Assembly: GCA_963727625.1 (NCBI GenBank)
Contig: CAVSHR010000004.1
Location: forward strand, 512,001-576,000
Reading direction: 5' to 3'
Length of the DNA stretch: 64,000 nucleotides
Source: an uncultured delta proteobacterium
GTDB taxonomy: Bacteria > Desulfobacterota > Binatia > UBA9968
In this document: one piece after another, positions 60,599 to 64,000 of the stretch
How positions within the stretch are numbered: the stretch's first letter is position 1
How the letters are laid out: each line of letters opens with the position of its first letter
The notes under the pieces: model-generated
What the model was told of the DNA's origin: nothing
Databases searched by the model: none
Seen by the model: only the letters and a program-made list of their open reading frames with translations
Position numbers and translations under genes: made by a program

Positions 60599-61486
60599 AT
60601 GACTGGGCAAACTCCCCGCTTGTTTCTGATCGACGGCAGCTCATACATATTCCGCGCCTTTTTTGCGATACCGCCGCTCAATCATTCCACCGGTCTACCG
60701 ACTAACGCGATCTTCGGTTTTACTAATTTCCTGCTCAAGTTTATCAAGCAGTATCAGCCCGAATACCTCGTCGTGGCTTTGGACGCCGGGCGCAAGACTT
60801 TTCGCAACGACATGCTGGCTGAATACAAAGGCAACCGCCCTGAAGCGCCGGCCGACCTGATCCCGCAGTTTCCTTACTTCCGTAAAGTGCTCGATGGACT
60901 CAACGTACCCTTGCTCGAAATGCCGGGGTACGAAGCGGATGACATCATCGCCACGCTATGCGACCGCATGGCCAATAAGGACTGCGATCGGGTTGTGGTT
61001 TCCAGCGACAAGGATCTTATGCAACTCGTCACCGACGGCATCAAACTCCTGGACAGCGCCAAGGACCGATGGATCGGTGCAACCGACGTTCAAGAGAAAT
61101 TCGGTGTCATACCGAACCGAGTCATCGAAGTGATGGGCCTGATGGGCGACGCGGTAGATAATATTCCGGGCGTCAAAGGCATCGGCGAGAAAACCGCCAT
61201 TGCCCTGATTCAGCAATTCGAGACGCTGGAAAAGCTTTACGAACAACTCGACGAAGTCAAGACGATGAAACTGCGCGGCGCGGCGCGCCTGCGAGATCTC
61301 CTCGAAAAAGGCAGAGATATCGCGTTCTTGAGCCGCGCTCTCGCCACGGTTAAACGGGACGTGCCGCTGGACGTTAGGCTCGAACAGCTCAAGTTCACCG
61401 GCTTGGACCGGCAAAAAGCCCGGGTTCTTTTCACCGAATTGGAATTTACCAATATGATCAAATTGCTCGAAAACGGCCGAGTTTAG
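60599..61486 (+). CDS. Standalone 5'-3' exonuclease/flap endonuclease (PolA N-terminal domain)
   Basis: LIDGSSYIFRAF, YKGNR, EADDII, SSDKDL, GDAVDNIPGVKGIGEKTA; stop right after the domain. Confidence 0.92.
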   Translation: MTGQTPRLFLIDGSSYIFRAFFAIPPLNHSTGLPTNAIFGFTNFLLKFIKQYQPEYLVVALDAGRKTFRNDMLAEYKGNRPEAPADLIPQFPYFRKVLDGLNVPLLEMPGYEADDIIATLCDRMANKDCDRVVVSSDKDLMQLVTDGIKLLDSAKDRWIGATDVQEKFGVIPNRVIEVMGLMGDAVDNIPGVKGIGEKTAIALIQQFETLEKLYEQLDEVKTMKLRGAARLRDLLEKGRDIAFLSRALATVKRDVPLDVRLEQLKFTGLDRQKARVLFTELEFTNMIKLLENGRV

Positions 61487-61684
61487 TTCCGTGCCGTCGC
61501 CATTTTGACCTGTTCAAATAGCTCCCTTCATCTCGCACCTTTCCTGTCGATTCGCTCTTGGATTTGACCTGGGAACTGTGGCAGATTGAGCCCTGGTTGG
61601 CCGCGAATCGATGGATCGCGCCGGCGCCGACTAGCGGGTCCCAGCGAAATCTTTCATGCCTAACGCCATTGCGAGGTACCTATT

Positions 61685-62839
61685 TTGATCAATCACGAAC
61701 GATTAAAAAATCTTCTCATCGAGCTCATCAAGATCGACAGTCTGTCGCGCAAAGAATACGACGTCGCCATGCGCCTCAAGCGCGAGATGGAAGAACTCGG
61801 CGCCTCTGTCCAGGTCGACGATGCCGGCGAAAAAGTCGGCGGCAACGTCGGCAATCTGATCGCCCATTTTCCCGGCAGCCTATCGAGCGCATCGCCGCTG
61901 CTCCTCTCGGCGCATATGGATACGGTGGTTCCCGGCGAGGGCATCATACCGATCCTCGACGGCGATATTCTGCGCACCGACGGCCGCACGGTGCTCGGCG
62001 GCGATGATAAGAGCGGCGTCGCGATCATCTGCGAAACGCTGCGCGTGATGCAGGAAAACCGCATTCCCTACGGCCCGGTCGACGTCGTCTTCACGATTTG
62101 CGAAGAAGCGGGCTTGATCGGCGCCAAGTGTCTAGACGTAAGCAAGCTGCGCGCGGGCACCGGTCTCGTGCTCGACAGCGATTCGGTGGGTTTTTTGTTC
62201 ACCAAAGCACCGGCGGCCAACCGGATGGAATTCCACGTTTATGGGCTCGAAGCACATGCCGGGGTATGCCCTGAAAAAGGCATTAACGCGATCAAAGTCG
62301 CCGCCGACGGCATCTCGCACATGCGCCTCGGCCGCATCGACCATGAGACCACAGCCAATATGGGCGTCATCGAAGGAGGTATGGCGGTCAACATCGTGCC
62401 CAATCAGGTGACCTTGCGCGGTGAGGCCCGCAGCCACAGCCATGAAAAGCTCGACCGGCAGACCGAGCATATGCGGCGCTGTCTCGAAGAAGCCGCGGAG
62501 CGCTACGTACTGGCACTCGACGGCAAACACTACCGGGCCAGAGTCGAAGCAAAGATCGAGCACGACTACGACCGCATGGACGTGCCGGACAACGCGCCCA
62601 TTGTCAATCTCGTCCACGCGGCGGCGAAAAAATTGCAGCTCGAGGTGAAGACCCTCGCCACCGGTGGCGGCTGCGACGCAAACGTGTTCAATCAGAAAGG
62701 GCTGGTGGTCGCCAACCTGTCTACCGGGATGCGCGACATCCACACGGTCAACGAATGGCTTGATCTGAAAGATTTAAATCTTTCGGCACAGATGGTCCTT
62801 GAAATTGTCAGACTCAACGCGGCAGGAGAAGAACACTAG
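61685..62839 (+). CDS. M20 family peptidase T-like protein
   Basis: AHMDTV, LGGDDKSG, EEAGLIGA, GGGCDAN, IHTVNE. Confidence 0.92.
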   Translation: MINHERLKNLLIELIKIDSLSRKEYDVAMRLKREMEELGASVQVDDAGEKVGGNVGNLIAHFPGSLSSASPLLLSAHMDTVVPGEGIIPILDGDILRTDGRTVLGGDDKSGVAIICETLRVMQENRIPYGPVDVVFTICEEAGLIGAKCLDVSKLRAGTGLVLDSDSVGFLFTKAPAANRMEFHVYGLEAHAGVCPEKGINAIKVAADGISHMRLGRIDHETTANMGVIEGGMAVNIVPNQVTLRGEARSHSHEKLDRQTEHMRRCLEEAAERYVLALDGKHYRARVEAKIEHDYDRMDVPDNAPIVNLVHAAAKKLQLEVKTLATGGGCDANVFNQKGLVVANLSTGMRDIHTVNEWLDLKDLNLSAQMVLEIVRLNAAGEEH

Positions 62840-62905
62840 GCGTCAGGGGTGAGGCGTGAGGGGTTTTATCGAAACCTAAACGCCCCAATCCCGACCCTTC
62901 AACGG
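62838..62905. repeat. Degenerate heptamer-repeat hairpin
   Basis: AGGCGTC AGGGGTG AGGCGTG AGGGGTT followed by an eroded complementary C-rich arm. Confidence 0.6.
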
Positions 62906-62921
62906 CTTTTCATCGAGTATT

Positions 62922-64000
62922 ATGCAAGCAGAAGAAATCGGACTCCTCCTCAAACAGGAACGCGGTCAGTTTCTCGACTTCATCAGCGCTTATGAATATC
63001 GCCGCTCGGCGGGACAGAAGAAGCGCGAGGAGGACTTGGCGCGAGAAATTGCGCGCGTGCTTTCCGGCATGGCCAATGCCGACGGCGGCACGCTGCTGGT
63101 CGGCGTCGAGCCCGACAAGAGTGTCACCGGCATCCCCTACGATCACGATGAATTGCACGGCCTGATTCAAGCGCCGCAAAATTTGCTACGCCCGGAGCTG
63201 ACCCCAGCCTGTGAAAGGGTCCGGCTGGGAAATCTCCAGTTGCTCAAGTTCGAAGTCGCCGCCGGCATGGAGATCTACAGAATCGCCGGCGGCCGCTCCT
63301 TCTATCGCATCGCGACCGAGACTGCATCGCTGCCGGCCGATCAGATCCACGCCCTCAAGGAAGCCAAGAAAATTGTCTTCTACGAGCGCCAGCAAGCACT
63401 CAACGCGACCTGGTACGATCTAGACTCTGAGCTCGTGCAGGCTTTCGTTGATAAAACCCAACCAGGCGGCGATCCGCAAACTCTGCTCAACCAAACCTAC
63501 CACCTGCTCGATCTATCGCGCGGCTTGCCTTGCCCCAACACGGCCGCCCTTCTGCTGTTCGCCAAAGACCCGACCCGCTGGCATCCGCGCGCCGGCATTG
63601 ACTTCGTCAAGTTTGAAGGCACCGAGCGGCGTCATGGCAGTTCGCTCAACGTCGTCAAACGGATTCGCTTCGAAGCGCCGCTGGCGCGGCTGATCGATGA
63701 AGCGGTTGGGCGAATCAAGGAACATATCCGCGAGCGCACGATTCTACACGATCTTTTTTTTCGCGAACGGCTGGAGTATCCGACCTTCGCCTGGCAAGAG
63801 GCCGTGGTCAACGCCGTCGCCCACCGCGACTATGCGCTCAGCGGAGCATCCATCGAAGTCTGGATGTTCGACGACCATATCACCGTGCGCAGCCCCGGCC
63901 TGCCTCCCGCGCCGGTGACCCTCGATCAACTGCGCCGACAAAAGAGCATTCATTTCTCGCGCAACCCGCTACTGGTGCGCGCCCTCGCTGATCTCGGCTA
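62922..64000 (+). CDS. Schlafen/AlbA_2 domain + HATPase_c_4 (RecG-C-like) protein, runs off the window end; absent from the ORF track
   Basis: Manual translation MQAEEIG..MANADGGTLLVGVEPD..AALLLFAKDP..EAVVNAVAHRDY..SPG..SRNPLLVRAL; open to the window end. Confidence 0.88.
   Translation, partial: MQAEEIGLLLKQERGQFLDFISAYEYRRSAGQKKREEDLAREIARVLSGMANADGGTLLVGVEPDKSVTGIPYDHDELHGLIQAPQNLLRPELTPACERVRLGNLQLLKFEVAAGMEIYRIAGGRSFYRIATETASLPADQIHALKEAKKIVFYERQQALNATWYDLDSELVQAFVDKTQPGGDPQTLLNQTYHLLDLSRGLPCPNTAALLLFAKDPTRWHPRAGIDFVKFEGTERRHGSSLNVVKRIRFEAPLARLIDEAVGRIKEHIRERTILHDLFFRERLEYPTFAWQEAVVNAVAHRDYALSGASIEVWMFDDHITVRSPGLPPAPVTLDQLRRQKSIHFSRNPLLVRALADLG

Overview
GC-rich bacterial chromosomal window made mostly of core genes. 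Gene order (ndk-rlmN-mtnP, valS-nadC-birA-coaX) and the LLM/amidohydrolase/xanthine-dehydrogenase-family content suggest a deltaproteobacteria-like lineage such as Ca. Binatota (inference). In order it contains: a frameshifted dgkA, a lone Mo-hydroxylase large subunit, Lhr helicase, a ~15 kb minus-strand run (icd-mdh-sucCD-ndk-rlmN-mtnP-pfkB-GT2-ugd-uxs-epimerase-lepA-lepB), a complete ccmABCDEFG-ccmH/I operon, a catabolic cluster (2 amidohydrolases, GGT, beta-hydroxyacid dehydrogenase, LLM oxidoreductase, PCD), EF-G2, coaX/birA/nadC/valS, tRNA-Leu(CAG), cytochrome c plus a PuuD-like membrane protein, a prenyl synthase-menG operon, orphan nuoB, cspA, type II homoserine kinase, tRNA-Met, lplA/aceEF-lpd, a standalone 5'-3' exonuclease, an M20 peptidase and a Schlafen/AlbA_2 gene that runs off the window end. 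I saw no CRISPR array, rRNA, transposase or integrase. The most interesting signals are non-coding. (1) Two terminator-like hairpins directly upstream of icd and sucC have unrelated 10-bp stems but share a 19-nt loop length, a 12-nt loop motif GAGACNAUUCGC and nearly the same spacing to the start codon; this is a candidate new attenuation system for TCA genes. (2) A duplicated structured motif UUAGGU..ACCAGGGCCCG lies behind two divergent promoters in the cspA-thrB intergenic region. All calls were made by eye, without database searches.
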